Assembly: GCA_963701855.1 (NCBI GenBank)
Contig: CAVPBK010000005.1
Span: forward strand, 64,001 to 128,000
Length of the DNA: 64,000 nucleotides
Source: Nitrospirota bacterium
GTDB lineage: Bacteria; Nitrospirota; Nitrospiria; Nitrospirales; Nitrospiraceae
Reading direction: 5' to 3'
Position 1 is the first letter of the stretch, and the number at the start of each line of letters is the position of its first letter. The notes under the pieces were generated by a model. The model had not been told where the DNA came from and did no database searches. It saw nothing but the letters and a program-made list of their open reading frames with translations. This document shows, piece by piece, positions 62,970-64,000 of this stretch. Made by a program: the position numbers and the translations under genes.

Positions 62970-64000
62970 CAACTGGCGCAGCGCAAACGATGGAAGCAGC
63001 GCTGACGCGATCAAGTAGTAGAGTCCTCCCGTCGCTAGGAATAGTCCTAGTGGCGGGAGGACTTCTTATGCTTGGTTGGTTTGCATTTATGTGGCTCAGT
63101 CCAGGCCCAGCGCCGTATCACTACCGCATGGTGGAAGAGGGCGGTATTGATAAGTTCAGCAAGCTCGGACTAGATGCTTGGCCTGACCTTGGCATCAGCA
63201 AGCAAGAGATTCGAGTAGAGGGTGTGGACGAACCGGTAGCTGTAGCCTATCTTGCCCGCCGCGGAAATTCAAAACCCGTTATGCTCGCTTGGGAAAATTA
63301 CATCGGCGATCCATTGGTTTTCGTCGACAGTAAGCTCTCCGAGCTGACCCTGTTGGCACCAGCGATTGCTAAGCATGTGCCGAAAGGCGCTGCCATTCTT
63401 GCCTGGTGGGACACCTCGCGTCAGATTCAGCTCTTGACTGGGTTAGAGACGGTGTTCACCTCTCATCTCAGTGGACCTATTATCACGCCGTCGCTCTGGC
63501 GACCGCGAATCGAGGCGATCGAGAAATACGAACGCGAGTTCTGGGGCTCTACGGTAAGTGCAGAAGAGAGGGGGAAATTCCAACGCTTTGCTGACGCCCT
63601 GTCGGCAGAGTCGACAGAAGGTGCAGCGATGCTGCGTGAACTGACTGGCGGGCGCGAAGCCTATGTCGTGGTTCACGTCTCGGACCTCTACAAACTCGGG
63701 CAGATGCGCCCCGATCGCATCGGTGTCGCCTACAAGGACTTCCCCTTGAAGGGTGGGGATGTGCATGGTCTAAGCGCGATGGTGAAGCGTTGGCAAATGG
63801 ACAACAACTACACTTCCCAAACGGTGTATGGACTCTCGGAGAGTTTAGTGCGCGCCTACTTCCTCACCGATGCGAAGAGCGATAATACGCTGCTCGCACA
63901 GATGCTGCCCATGACGACCTCGAAGCCTCTCGAATTCAAAGCCCTCCAGTTGGTCCATAAACAGGGAGGCTATTGGGTGTATAAGATTCTGTCTGCGCAG
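62966..64000 (+). CDS. haoB: Hydroxylamine oxidation protein HaoB (runs off the window end)
   Basis: GTG overlapping the haoA stop; TM, then [13 protein letters not shown] and [10 protein letters not shown]. Confidence 0.88.
   Translation, partial: MTTGAAQTMEAALTRSSSRVLPSLGIVLVAGGLLMLGWFAFMWLSPGPAPYHYRMVEEGGIDKFSKLGLDAWPDLGISKQEIRVEGVDEPVAVAYLARRGNSKPVMLAWENYIGDPLVFVDSKLSELTLLAPAIAKHVPKGAAILAWWDTSRQIQLLTGLETVFTSHLSGPIITPSLWRPRIEAIEKYEREFWGSTVSAEERGKFQRFADALSAESTEGAAMLRELTGGREAYVVVHVSDLYKLGQMRPDRIGVAYKDFPLKGGDVHGLSAMVKRWQMDNNYTSQTVYGLSESLVRAYFLTDAKSDNTLLAQMLPMTTSKPLEFKALQLVHKQGGYWVYKILSAQ

Noticed and set aside
61899..63014. 371-aa antisense ORF over haoA
   Set aside because: Shadow of a strongly codon-biased gene; no motifs.
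1..64000. tRNA/rRNA genes
   Set aside because: None recognised by eye; a covariance search was not possible.

Overview
This window is the ammonia-oxidation region of a comammox Nitrospira, most likely clade B (amoA carries the TACTTCTGGACATTCTA and AAATCCAGACGGTGTG clade-B primer-site motifs). The right third holds amoE-amoD-amoD-copC-copD, an IS1595 element and amoCAB on the minus strand. Divergent from these are ccmABCDEFGHI, a chimeric hao-leader/CcmI-domain gene, haoA and a truncated haoB. Next to amoB lie an intact nirK with a signal-peptide truncated globin and an IS-truncated second nirK. The left two thirds are an accessory/housekeeping mosaic: DUF2844/DUF3443, a SEL1 protein, zwf, a split RND pump with duplicated adaptors, two NtrC-type two-component systems, a PQQ sugar dehydrogenase, csbD, malQ, tkt and many IS3 copies and remnants. 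Most striking: (1) all four near-complete IS3 copies appear to carry a one-directional A:T->C:G transversion load (judged against recalled family consensus and each other) that is not evident in the neighbouring IS1595 or nirK pseudogene, suggesting element-targeted hypermutation; (2) a tandem duplication has fused the hao promoter and signal peptide to a CcmI C-terminal domain, giving a new secreted gene.
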